Made by a program: the position numbers and the translations under genes
Part shown: piece by piece, positions 50,786-60,924 of the stretch
Position numbering within the stretch: the first letter of the stretch is position 1
Layout: every line of letters starts with the position of its first letter
NCBI GenBank assembly: GCA_048886685.1
Contig: JBHLKM010000013.1
Location: 64,001-128,000 of the forward strand
Direction: 5' to 3'
Length of the DNA: 64,000 nt
Source: Candidatus Hodarchaeota archaeon
GTDB lineage: Archaea; Asgardarchaeota; Lokiarchaeia; Sigyniarchaeales; SOKP01
The notes under the pieces: model-generated
The model's input: the letters and a program-made list of their open reading frames with translations, nothing else
What the model was told of the DNA's origin: nothing
Database searches by the model: none

Positions 50786-51898
50786 TTATTGCTTTAGACA
50801 TTTATCATAAATATTTAATACCGTTTGAGCACTTTCTTCCCAGGAATATAATTTAACGCGTTCCAATCCTTTTTTTATTAAAATATTTCGCAATTTATCA
50901 TTTTCTAGTACTTCTATCATTTTATTTGCTAATTCAACGTGATCAGAATTGTTTTTTAGAATTAATGCCGCATCTCCTACTATTTCTGGAATAGCAAAGG
51001 CGTTTGAAGTAATAACTGGACAACCACAAGCCATGGCCTCTAAATTGGGCATACCAAAACCCTCAAAAAAAGAAGGAAAAACAAACACTTCTGCCAAATT
51101 TAGAAGTCCAATAACATCTCTTCTAGGGATAAAACCAGGAAAAACAATATCATTAAGTAAATTTTGTTGTCTGGTAAATTCAATTACTTCTTTATTTTTC
51201 CATCCACTTCCTCCTAAAACTAATTTTATTGAATTTTCTTGTTTTTTTAGTATTTGAAATGCTTTTAGTAGTGTCCAGGGATTTTTTCTCATACTATACC
51301 TACTTAAATGAAAAATGAAAGGAGAATCTATGCCATATTTTTTTTTTAATTCTATTGGTTTTTTATTATAAACCTTGAAATCATCATCTACGGCATTATA
51401 TGTGAGATAGATTTTATCTTTATTTACTCGATAATAGTTTATAATCTGTCTTTTAGTAATTCGAGAAACAGTAAAAATATATTCCAATTTTCGCGCATAA
51501 TAAGGTCTAATTGTTTTGGCATGCAACCTTTTAATAATATTATATTTACGGGCAAAATAAAGTTCATATGCACCACCGCCATGAATTGTAGCAATCTTCT
51601 TCGGTTTTTTTAACCAGACAGGAGATAATATAGTTAAAGGAGAAAAATGTAATATATCAAATTTTTCTTTTCTGAGTTTAGAGGATGCGATAATTGGATT
51701 TTTAGATATGATCAATTCATCAGTTCTTTTATAAATCTCCTTATTATTCTTAGAATGGTGTATTAGAATTATGTTAAATCTATCATTAATATCCAAGATA
51801 CGATTTACTAGTTGCCTTAAATGACTACCACTTCCACTAGTTCCTTGATCTATTGGTTTAGTAAAAATACCAACTTTGGGTTTGTTATTTAACGGCAT
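50786..51898 (-). CDS. Glycosyltransferase family 4
   Basis: RKN, FVFPSFFEGFGMPNLEAMACG. Confidence 0.95.
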   Translation of the reverse strand: MPLNNKPKVGIFTKPIDQGTSGSGSHLRQLVNRILDINDRFNIILIHHSKNNKEIYKRTDELIISKNPIIASSKLRKEKFDILHFSPLTILSPVWLKKPKKIATIHGGGAYELYFARKYNIIKRLHAKTIRPYYARKLEYIFTVSRITKRQIINYYRVNKDKIYLTYNAVDDDFKVYNKKPIELKKKYGIDSPFIFHLSRYSMRKNPWTLLKAFQILKKQENSIKLVLGGSGWKNKEVIEFTRQQNLLNDIVFPGFIPRRDVIGLLNLAEVFVFPSFFEGFGMPNLEAMACGCPVITSNAFAIPEIVGDAALILKNNSDHVELANKMIEVLENDKLRNILIKKGLERVKLYSWEESAQTVLNIYDKCLKQ

Positions 51899-51931
51899 AT
51901 ATCTTCATTAATCTTAATTTGCTCACCAATT

Positions 51932-52744
51932 CTACTTAGATTGTTGAATGGCAATGATATCTTTTGTAATACTTCTTGATTTGATAATAATAAATGATGA
52001 AAAAACAAGAGACATAAACACAAAATAACAAATCATGATGATTTCTAATATCTGAAAATGACCAGAATATATAAATATTATATTCCCAACAAAAAACACT
52101 GTCGTAATGAGATGAGTATGACTAAAAGCATTGATAAGATTAAATATAATTTTTTTTATCAGCTTGAAAAAACTTTTTGAGGATTTTTCTTGGTTAACTT
52201 CTTCTTTTTGATTAATTATCTCTTTTACCTCTTTCTTGGTAGAAGCTATAATAGCTATCTTTCGAACCGTTCTTATTCCTAATATAAATATTGTCGTAAG
52301 AAAACCAAATATTATGTATAGAAATTCTGAATTAATTCTATAAATATTAAATCCAAAAGAAGAGAAAAAGCATCCCAAAAAGATAAAATGGCACACTTGA
52401 TCATAATACATCCCTTTTATTGACACCTGTTTTTTATATCTTGCTACTTCTCCATCGATTTCATCACTAAGAAAGTATAGATATAGTAAAATAAAACCAA
52501 CGATAATGAATAAGCTATTACCAAATCCTATAAATAATAACCCAAGTAAGCCAATCATACAACCAAAAATAGTGACGAAATTTGCAGTAATAGGCGTTTT
52601 TACTAAAATCCATGTTATATATTTGGATATAAATGTAAATGGATAATGCCACCAATCATTTCTTCTTTTTCTATCTTCCAGTTTTTTACCTTGAGTTATC
52701 TCTTTGAATTCTTTAAAGCTTTGAGATGTCATTTTAATCTTCAA
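51932..52744 (-). CDS. CDP-alcohol phosphatidyltransferase family protein
   Basis: ITANFVT, DEIDGEVAR....S..G.YYD. Confidence 0.88.
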   Translation of the reverse strand: MKIKMTSQSFKEFKEITQGKKLEDRKRRNDWWHYPFTFISKYITWILVKTPITANFVTIFGCMIGLLGLLFIGFGNSLFIIVGFILLYLYFLSDEIDGEVARYKKQVSIKGMYYDQVCHFIFLGCFFSSFGFNIYRINSEFLYIIFGFLTTIFILGIRTVRKIAIIASTKKEVKEIINQKEEVNQEKSSKSFFKLIKKIIFNLINAFSHTHLITTVFFVGNIIFIYSGHFQILEIIMICYFVFMSLVFSSFIIIKSRSITKDIIAIQQSK

Positions 52745-53041
52745 TTTTTCTTTAATGATTCAATAAAATGATTTTAAACATAATAATTAACTTGAAATAA
52801 AATCAATTAGAAAACTTGAAATCCTACTGATTTTTGTTGTGAATCTAATCATTCAAATTTACCTTGAATCTTATTATTCTCCTATATAATGCAGAAAAAT
52901 ATTTTAAAAATATATTTTTTATTAATTTGGTTCTAATTACATTCTGAAACTTTAAGATTCATAAAATCATAAATTTAATTTTATAATAACAATTCCCAAT
53001 TTAAAATAATTTAGATTCTGCAATTCTTTTTAATTCTTGCA

Positions 53042-54691
53042 ATGTCAATTGAAGATAATAACCCATTACATGACAATAAAGAGTATAAAAATCTAGCTAG
53101 GAACACTTTTTATGCTTTTTTAATGAATTATGGATCACATTTTTTTACATTTATAATCTCTTTTCTATTGGCACGATTGATTACAGATGCAAATTGGCAA
53201 TTCCTAATATTAGCACTCTCTTATATGGCAATTATTACAATTATAACCTCATTATTACCACCAGGTCAAGATTATTCCCTGAATTATTATATTCCAAGAT
53301 ATCTTGCTTTAAATCAAAAATCAAAAATCAAATCTTTGATTAAAAATGCATTTATTATAAAAATTTTATTTCTAATTCCTGTTTTTATTGTAAGTATCAT
53401 CATCTTTTCTGTTTTTGCTGATATTTTCGCAATTAATTTGGAGACAAAAGTAGTTCTTTTATATATTTTATCACCCGTCATTATCACCAATGGATTAACT
53501 AAAATATTGGATGCTATTAACCGAGGTTTTAGTAGGTTCAAATTGCTATTTATTTTATTGATGGTGAAAAATGCTTTTCACATCACACCTCTATTTCTTT
53601 ACTACTTCTTCAGAATTGGCATTACTGTAGAAACTATTGCACTAATATATATGATATCCTACTTGATTCCTTTTAGCTTAAACCTCTTATTCGTAATAAA
53701 AAAAGTTTATAATATTGAATCAATAAAAAGTGAAAAAGAATCATTGAAAGAAGATTTCAACAAAGCTATTAGATATGGTAGCTTTATAGGATTTTCTAAT
53801 ATTATTGCAAGACTTTGGAAAGAAGCACAGTTTCAAGGAATTGGCTTTTTTGAATCACCAGGTGCGGTAACAGGATACAACATTGCTTGGAATTATAAAG
53901 ATATAGGAGCCTATTCGGTACATTCATTCAATCTTCCCTTATTAACTTCATTTACCAGTCTAAATACTAAAGAGAATTACGATCAAATTAAGAAGATTTT
54001 TAAGGTTTCATATAAAATTACACTATTTTTATTATTAATAATAGCTGGTTTCTTATTTTTTAGTGTAGATTTTCTAATAGATTTTATTTTTTTAGAAACC
54101 CGACTCGTTTATTCAATATTTCTCAAATTAATGTTAATAGCGACAGTATTTAGTGTTTTAGAGAAATTCGTTCAAAATCTCTTAAATTCAAGTAATAAAG
54201 TCAAAATACCTTTTCTGTTAAAAATATTTGATATGTCCTATTCTGTACCACTCTTCTTCATTGGACTGATATATTTTGGAGTTGAGGGAGCTATAATCTT
54301 TGGATTGATAATAGGATTTATTATATCTACAATAATCCAAATCATAGCAACTCGAAGATTTGGAAATGTTACGCTAAATATTAGGAAGATTTTTGTTCAA
54401 TATTTATCATTCTTTATACCTTTGGGTATAACTATGGTTTTTGAATTCTTATTATTCAAGAGAATGAGTTTTAGAATAATCGAAGGTCTAGGACTCTCAC
54501 TCTTTAAAAACTTTGATTTTTTTTCAATAGGAACCTTTATTATACTCTTCGTTTCAATGAATTTAGTTTTAAAAACAGTTACCTCTGCCGATATCGAAAT
54601 CTTTGAGTCCCTTTTAAATAAAGATCGATCTATTGATAGAATTCTAATTAAAGGTCTTAACCTTTTAAAAAAATTTACAAGAAAACAGTAA
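53042..54691 (+). CDS. Oligosaccharide flippase (Wzx/MOP family)
   Basis: About 14 TM segments, LARN.F, LARL, GYNIA. Confidence 0.85.
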   Translation: MSIEDNNPLHDNKEYKNLARNTFYAFLMNYGSHFFTFIISFLLARLITDANWQFLILALSYMAIITIITSLLPPGQDYSLNYYIPRYLALNQKSKIKSLIKNAFIIKILFLIPVFIVSIIIFSVFADIFAINLETKVVLLYILSPVIITNGLTKILDAINRGFSRFKLLFILLMVKNAFHITPLFLYYFFRIGITVETIALIYMISYLIPFSLNLLFVIKKVYNIESIKSEKESLKEDFNKAIRYGSFIGFSNIIARLWKEAQFQGIGFFESPGAVTGYNIAWNYKDIGAYSVHSFNLPLLTSFTSLNTKENYDQIKKIFKVSYKITLFLLLIIAGFLFFSVDFLIDFIFLETRLVYSIFLKLMLIATVFSVLEKFVQNLLNSSNKVKIPFLLKIFDMSYSVPLFFIGLIYFGVEGAIIFGLIIGFIISTIIQIIATRRFGNVTLNIRKIFVQYLSFFIPLGITMVFEFLLFKRMSFRIIEGLGLSLFKNFDFFSIGTFIILFVSMNLVLKTVTSADIEIFESLLNKDRSIDRILIKGLNLLKKFTRKQ

Positions 54692-54718
54692 AGATAATAG
54701 TTGTGAACTTGATTACAC

Positions 54719-55900
54719 TCACCATTCCGGAGACTTGTTTCCTATTAATTTATAATTAACTTCAAAAGTTTTAATATTATTCTCCCATAGATATTCTTCT
54801 TCAATTTTTCTTATTCCATTTTCTTTAAATTTTTTTCGTAGATTTTCGTCCTTTAGAAGTCTTTCTATAGACATTGCGTAGCATTTGTAATTTTCAGTTT
54901 CACATAGAAGCCCGTTTTTCAAATGAGTAATTAAATCTCTTGTACCCGTAATATTACTTGTTACTATTGGAACTTGATAAATCATTGCTTCCATTAAAAC
55001 ACCAGCTAAGCCCTCACCTCTACTGGGAAGAAAAAATATATCTGCTATTTTATAAAAATTATGAACATCAAATCTATTCCCTACAAATATGACTTTGTCA
55101 TCTAAACCAGAATTAGAGACAGATTTAATAGATTTTTCTCTCTCAGGTCCATCGCCGACCACTAAAAATTTGATATTTTTATCCTTTAATAACTGAGCAG
55201 TTTTTATGATTAAGTCAATGCCCTTCCTTTTATTAATATGTCCTACAAATAAAACTATTTTATCACTATGTTTAATATTAAAAACTTCTCTGATATCTTT
55301 ATCTGGAGTCTTTGTATCTAAATTGATCCCTGTAGGAGTAACTCTTACTTTATTCTCAGGGACTCTTATCTTTTCTGTATATTTGAGAAAGGAATTCCCA
55401 TAAACTGTTATATAATTGGAAGCGAAAAATGCAAGTTTTCCTATGGTTCTATAAAAAATTTTAAATAACACATCTAAGACATTAGATATCTTAAAAGAAT
55501 AGGAAGGGATTGTATCCATAGTAAGAATTAATTTTTTTTTTTTAAAAAATAAGATTTTTAACATGCAGATTGAAAATGTATTTGGATAGAATGGGACCCA
55601 AACATGTATTATATCATTTTCCTTTAAAATCTTCCAACTTTTTTTAAAAAACTCCCAGTTAGTAGGAATAGGCCAAATATAACCAGAAGATTTCGTCCAG
55701 ATAGGATATGTTAATAGGTTAATTCCTTTAAAATTGTCGTAATGTCTAGATTCTTTTCTCTTTATATCAGATTTTTTTCTTGGTGTTAAAATTGATACAC
55801 TATAATCTTTTTCCTTTAAAATATTCATTATGGCAGAAATTGGTCTTCTGATGTGAATACCAGTATTCACAAAACATATTCTTTTGTATTGTTTGCTCAC
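54719..55900 (-). CDS. Glycosyltransferase family 4
   Basis: RKG, VVGDGPE, PSRGEGLAGVLMEAM. Confidence 0.93.
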   Translation of the reverse strand: MSKQYKRICFVNTGIHIRRPISAIMNILKEKDYSVSILTPRKKSDIKRKESRHYDNFKGINLLTYPIWTKSSGYIWPIPTNWEFFKKSWKILKENDIIHVWVPFYPNTFSICMLKILFFKKKKLILTMDTIPSYSFKISNVLDVLFKIFYRTIGKLAFFASNYITVYGNSFLKYTEKIRVPENKVRVTPTGINLDTKTPDKDIREVFNIKHSDKIVLFVGHINKRKGIDLIIKTAQLLKDKNIKFLVVGDGPEREKSIKSVSNSGLDDKVIFVGNRFDVHNFYKIADIFFLPSRGEGLAGVLMEAMIYQVPIVTSNITGTRDLITHLKNGLLCETENYKCYAMSIERLLKDENLRKKFKENGIRKIEEEYLWENNIKTFEVNYKLIGNKSPEW

Positions 55901-55955
55901 AAATAAGGAAAAGAATTATGAAATATTTATATTATTCTTTTTAAATACATTATGT

Positions 55956-56747
55956 CTAACTATTTTTTATTGCTTTAATTAAGACAATTGGATTAATATC
56001 TTTTAAAAAGTTAATTGGGACAAATCTTGTTCTTATAATTTTAAAACGTAAGCCTATTTTGCGTTTGATAACTCTCCAATCAAAATTTTTATGTCCAGTC
56101 TCTCTCGCATATTCTTTATGTCCTATATATTCAGGTCTTATTTTTGGTCTTTTTAAAATGATAATTCGAATCAGTTCTTTTAAACCATATTTTGGTCTTT
56201 TGAAATTAACCATTTTCCCTATCATAGTCCTTATTAATAAAGAAATGCCAATTTCAACAGGAAGAGTGCAGATTAATATTCCGTTTCTTCTTAAAACGCG
56301 AAAAACTTCATTTATAAATTGATCTGGATTTTTTACATGCTCTAAAACTTCAAGACAAAAAACTAAATCAAATTTATTATCTCTAAATGGTAATGCTTGA
56401 CCATCTGAGCAAGCTAAATTAATCTTTTTTACATTTTTTAATTTATTATCAACTAAATTTTTTGATTCTCTAATAAATTCTTCATTTATATCATTGGCAA
56501 CAATTGATCTTGCATATTGATTCAGAGTTGGTAAAAATGGTCCATCAGCACAACCAATATCGAGAACTCGGGAATGTTCTGAAAATCTTATGTACTTTAA
56601 CGAAAAAACAAAAGGAAGATAGGCATAATACCTAATTAGAAATGATTTGGAGTTATACAAATAACAAGAGTATTGATCTTTTAAAGATTCATCATTGCTA
56701 CCATCTGCGGGTACCCTAATAATTCTATATTTTTCCCGTAATTTCAT
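55956..56747 (-). CDS. Class I SAM-dependent methyltransferase
   Basis: VLDIGCADG, LPF.D..FDLVFCLEVLEH, RVLR.NG. Confidence 0.92.
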   Translation of the reverse strand: MKLREKYRIIRVPADGSNDESLKDQYSCYLYNSKSFLIRYYAYLPFVFSLKYIRFSEHSRVLDIGCADGPFLPTLNQYARSIVANDINEEFIRESKNLVDNKLKNVKKINLACSDGQALPFRDNKFDLVFCLEVLEHVKNPDQFINEVFRVLRRNGILICTLPVEIGISLLIRTMIGKMVNFKRPKYGLKELIRIIILKRPKIRPEYIGHKEYARETGHKNFDWRVIKRKIGLRFKIIRTRFVPINFLKDINPIVLIKAIKNS

Positions 56748-56778
56748 ATTAAATAATAACTGAGAAATTTTCTTTTTA

Positions 56779-57747
56779 TTAATTTTTATCTATCTCTATT
56801 TGCCATTCATAAGTTTTTCTTAAGCCCTCATCAATAGGAACTTGAGGGGAATAATTTAAAACTTTGGTTGCTTTTGTAATATCTGCATGAGTTATGTCCA
56901 TATCTCCTTTTTTCTTTTCTTTATATTTAACTCTCTTAGGCTTATTAGTAATATCATAAATTTTGTTTACTAATTGATTAATACTTATTGGATTAGACAA
57001 ACCCAAGTTAAATGCTTGACCTGAAGATTCTTTTATTTCAGACGCTAATATTAATCCATTTATGATATCTGAAATATAAGTAAAGTCTCTCAATTGTTCT
57101 CCATCTCCGTATATTATTAATTCTTTATTCTGTAAAACTAAGTTAAAAAATTTTCCCACAACCATATCTGGTCTTCCTCTAGGTCCGTATACGGAGTAAA
57201 ATCGAAGTGAGGTTATAGGTGTTGAATATTCTCTAAAATAATAATCTGCATAAATCTCACCGCATAATTTTGATAAACCATAGGGACATATCGGATTTTT
57301 TGGATGATCTTCATCTACAGGGGTATAAGTTGGATTACCATAAACTGTAGAAGATGATGCATAAACAAACTTTTTAATATCTTTATTTTTTATAAATTCT
57401 AAAAGATTTAATAAACCTCCTATATTATTCCTAGTAACTTGTTCAGCATTGTGCATTGAATATTGTACTCCCGCATGAGCAGCAAGGTGGAAGACGATAT
57501 CAATTTTATCTGAAATTTTGCTATAAATTGAGTTATCTAATAAATCACCTTTGATTAAATTATACTCTTTTATATTTTCATAATCTTGCGTAACACTTGC
57601 TAAATTTTCTTCTTTTCCGGAATAATAACATTGATTAAAGTTATCAATCATCTCAATATAATTATTTTCTTGTATAAGGGTCTTAAAAAGATGCGTTCCA
57701 ATAAATCCTGCTCCACCTGTAATTAATACATTTTTATTTTTTATCAT
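56779..57747 (-). CDS. NAD-dependent nucleotide-sugar epimerase/dehydratase
   Basis: TGGAGFIG, HLAA.AGV, YGLSK, VYGPRGRPDM. Confidence 0.95.
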   Translation of the reverse strand: MIKNKNVLITGGAGFIGTHLFKTLIQENNYIEMIDNFNQCYYSGKEENLASVTQDYENIKEYNLIKGDLLDNSIYSKISDKIDIVFHLAAHAGVQYSMHNAEQVTRNNIGGLLNLLEFIKNKDIKKFVYASSSTVYGNPTYTPVDEDHPKNPICPYGLSKLCGEIYADYYFREYSTPITSLRFYSVYGPRGRPDMVVGKFFNLVLQNKELIIYGDGEQLRDFTYISDIINGLILASEIKESSGQAFNLGLSNPISINQLVNKIYDITNKPKRVKYKEKKKGDMDITHADITKATKVLNYSPQVPIDEGLRKTYEWQIEIDKN

Positions 57748-58032
57748 TTTAACTTAAAGTTTAATATTTTAACTAAAAGATTATATAATATATTAAAATA
57801 AAATTTTAAGCAGTCTTTAAAGATTACCTAATAAATATTTGGCTTCATGGAAATTTTAAGAGATTAAAAGTCTTTTGTTAACTATTAGGATTATAATTTT
57901 TTAAATTTTTGACTTAATAGCAATAAATTGTATTTGGGATTCGAACTTAAGAAAAATTTAAGTTTTTCAAATTTTTTTTAATAATAATTAAAAAGTTTTT
58001 GAAATTTTCAAATTTCTACAAATTCTAACACA

Positions 58033-59571
58033 ATGGAGAAGCCAAACATTATTTTAATAATTCTGGACACTTTTAGAGCAGATAAACTCTTAACTAACAA
58101 TGAGGGTAGAGAATTAACCCCTTTTATTAAAACTTTAATGAAAAACTCATATTATTTTGAAAATTGCATAGCTAATAGTCCATGGACAGTACCATCTCAT
58201 ATTAATATATTTACAGGACTGTATGCAACTCAAATGAAAAATTTGACTAAAAAGGTTGATACCCTTGGTAATAAAATTCCAGTTTTAACTGAAATTCTTA
58301 AAGATTGGGGATACCATACAATCTGTTTCACAGAAAATCCCCACATTAATAAAAAGGAGGGCTTTGCAAGAGGTTTTGAAATATTCATTGATAATTGGCA
58401 GAGTTTTTTAACACATCCCAAAAGATTCTGGGTGGATCGAATTGAAAAAATCCTTCCAATCTCAAAAATTGCATCTCGAGTTAGTACCTATATAAAGAAA
58501 AGAATAGAATCTTCGGACGTTATTCTATTTAAAATAAAAAAAATATTAAAAAATTTAAAAAATCAATTATTTTGGAAAAAAATTCTTTCGAATAAAACAA
58601 CAACTCTCGATCAATTAGAAAAAATAGGAGATATATTAAAAAAAAAAAATAATACAAACCCATTTTATCTTTTTTTAAACATAATGGCGACGCATTATCC
58701 TTATGTTCCTACAAGACAAATTCTTAATAAGTTTAAAATTAGAAATAAGCAAATAAAGACCATTAGGAATTTTCTTCTAACAAATCCTAAAGATCTTATA
58801 AATTTAACAGAATCTAAACCTTTATCGGAAAATAAAATTGATATAATTAAAAAATTATACAATACAAGTGTATTTTACGCTGATCAAATAGTAAAAGAAT
58901 TATTCTCAATTTTAGAAAATCTCGGTTTATTAGAAAACTCATATGTAGTTATTACATCCGATCATGGAGAACATTTATGTGATGAATCAGATCATTTCTT
59001 ATGTGATCATACAACATATTTCAGTCTATATGAATCTCTATTACGGGTACCCCTACTTATATATCATAAAAATTATAAAAATAAAGTTATCAAGAATCAG
59101 GTACAATTGAAAGATCTTTATCATACTATTCTTTCATTTACAAATCATAACTCAACTAATATTAAGTATTTTAAAAAAGAAAAATCACTATTATATCAAA
59201 TTGAAACTAATTCTACTCCAAAATTTATTTTGGGGGAATATTTGAAACCAAAAAATAAAGTATATAATTTAATTCATAGATATCGAAATATTATAAAAAA
59301 GAATCTAATCTCTAAGATAATAAATGATGTGTACTTTCTGAGAACTGAAAAATTAAAATTTATTGATTTTAATTCAATAAAGGAATTATATCAAATAGAA
59401 ACTGATCCTCAAGAGCGATTTAATATTACAGGCAAAAATCTTAAAGTTCAAAAAGAGATAAAAAAGGCCTATGACTTAATTAAAGAAAAAATTAATAAGA
59501 AAGAAGATTTAATAGAATTGACTACAGAAAAAGAAAAAGATTTAATTAAGAGAAGTATTAAATTACTCTAA
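58033..59571 (+). CDS. Sulfatase-like hydrolase/transferase (Thr at the nucleophile position)
   Basis: LDTFRAD, NSPWTVPSH..FTG, ATHYPY, TSDHGE. Confidence 0.88.
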   Translation: MEKPNIILIILDTFRADKLLTNNEGRELTPFIKTLMKNSYYFENCIANSPWTVPSHINIFTGLYATQMKNLTKKVDTLGNKIPVLTEILKDWGYHTICFTENPHINKKEGFARGFEIFIDNWQSFLTHPKRFWVDRIEKILPISKIASRVSTYIKKRIESSDVILFKIKKILKNLKNQLFWKKILSNKTTTLDQLEKIGDILKKKNNTNPFYLFLNIMATHYPYVPTRQILNKFKIRNKQIKTIRNFLLTNPKDLINLTESKPLSENKIDIIKKLYNTSVFYADQIVKELFSILENLGLLENSYVVITSDHGEHLCDESDHFLCDHTTYFSLYESLLRVPLLIYHKNYKNKVIKNQVQLKDLYHTILSFTNHNSTNIKYFKKEKSLLYQIETNSTPKFILGEYLKPKNKVYNLIHRYRNIIKKNLISKIINDVYFLRTEKLKFIDFNSIKELYQIETDPQERFNITGKNLKVQKEIKKAYDLIKEKINKKEDLIELTTEKEKDLIKRSIKLL

Positions 59572-59963
59572 AATAAATTCCCAATTTTATTGTTTGCTTA
59601 ATTCCATCATAGAAACTTTTTCTATTGAAAATAGTCGAGCTGGACCATCTCTCTAAAAATAACGAAAAGAGTTATAAAATTTTTAAATTACTATTTTCAA
59701 GAAGAAATTGAAAGCCTTAGTATATAATTAGCTAAACTTAAATTTAGTTAAAAAAGTATTAATTAAAGTGCACCTCGTTAAGTCTATGGGAATATCAAAC
59801 GCAGAAAATTATTAAGAAGACTATTAAATAAAGATTTAATTATTAAAATAAAATTATTTTTTATATTACGGAATATTTTAACAAATATCAAAACTTTAAT
59901 AATTAATTTAAGGAAAAATAATTACATAAATATCCTCCTTTAAGTTTTAATGGGGTTTCTATA

Positions 59964-60800
59964 TTGAAGACGACGTTGCCATCTGAGAATACAGAACATC
60001 GCATAAAAAAAAACAATGTAAAATCAAGTAATATAAATTATCTTTTTCCTGGATTAAAAGTTGGTATAATAATTCCTGCTTTTAATGAAGAAATGAATAT
60101 TGGGGGAACATTAGCCCAAATTCCTAAAAATATATCTGAAGAATTGGAGATTATTGTTGTAGACGATGGCTCATCTGATAATACAATTTCAATTGCTAAT
60201 AAATACAACATCACTCTTTTAAAACACCCAAAAAATCGGGGTAATGGTGCTGCAACTAAAACAGGATTAGAATTTTGTAAAGATAGGGATCATAAAATTG
60301 CTATCATACTGGATGCTGATGGTCAACACAATCCAAAATATATAAGTGATTTTATAATACCTATTATGGAGGATAGTATAGAATTTGTAATAGGTAATCG
60401 ATTTCAACATTATTATAATATGGATATCAACAGGAAATTATGTTCGAAATTGATGACAGCCTTCTATTTCTTGTTCTTGCATAGAAAGATAGCAGATCCT
60501 ACAAATGGTTATAGAGCTTTATCTTCCGAGTTAATACAAAATCTTGAATTTGAATCTGAATATTCTCTTACCCAAGAAATGCTTTTTAAAATTGTGCCTA
60601 CTTATAAATATAAGCAAATTCCGATAAAAGTAAATCCGAGAGGTCAAGGAGAATCTTTTATAAAAATTAAAAATTATTTACTCAAAATAGTATTACTATT
60701 TATAAAGTTCTATATTTTTCCCAAAATTAAGAGATTAACTCACAAAATCTTAAGTGAAGAGTTCAGAAATAGAGTCAAAACATATTATTTGAAAACTTAA
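59964..60800 (+). CDS. Glycosyltransferase family 2 (DPM1-like)
   Basis: IPAFNEE, VDDGSSDNT, LDADGQH, DPTNGYRA. Confidence 0.93.
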   Translation: MKTTLPSENTEHRIKKNNVKSSNINYLFPGLKVGIIIPAFNEEMNIGGTLAQIPKNISEELEIIVVDDGSSDNTISIANKYNITLLKHPKNRGNGAATKTGLEFCKDRDHKIAIILDADGQHNPKYISDFIIPIMEDSIEFVIGNRFQHYYNMDINRKLCSKLMTAFYFLFLHRKIADPTNGYRALSSELIQNLEFESEYSLTQEMLFKIVPTYKYKQIPIKVNPRGQGESFIKIKNYLLKIVLLFIKFYIFPKIKRLTHKILSEEFRNRVKTYYLKT

Positions 60801-60924
60801 TTTGATTTCACCATGATTCTGGAATTGATTTCCGTAATTTAAATAAATCCTTTCATTTCAAGGTATTGTAAATATTTTTAAGAAGAAAGTCTATGTTTCT
60901 TATATGGGAAATAACACATAATTT

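Noticed and set aside
55532-55543. Homopolymer runs (also 40811-40823 and 58638-58649) as phase-variation tracts
   Set aside because: In-frame Lys codon runs are expected in an AT-rich genome, and the frames are intact
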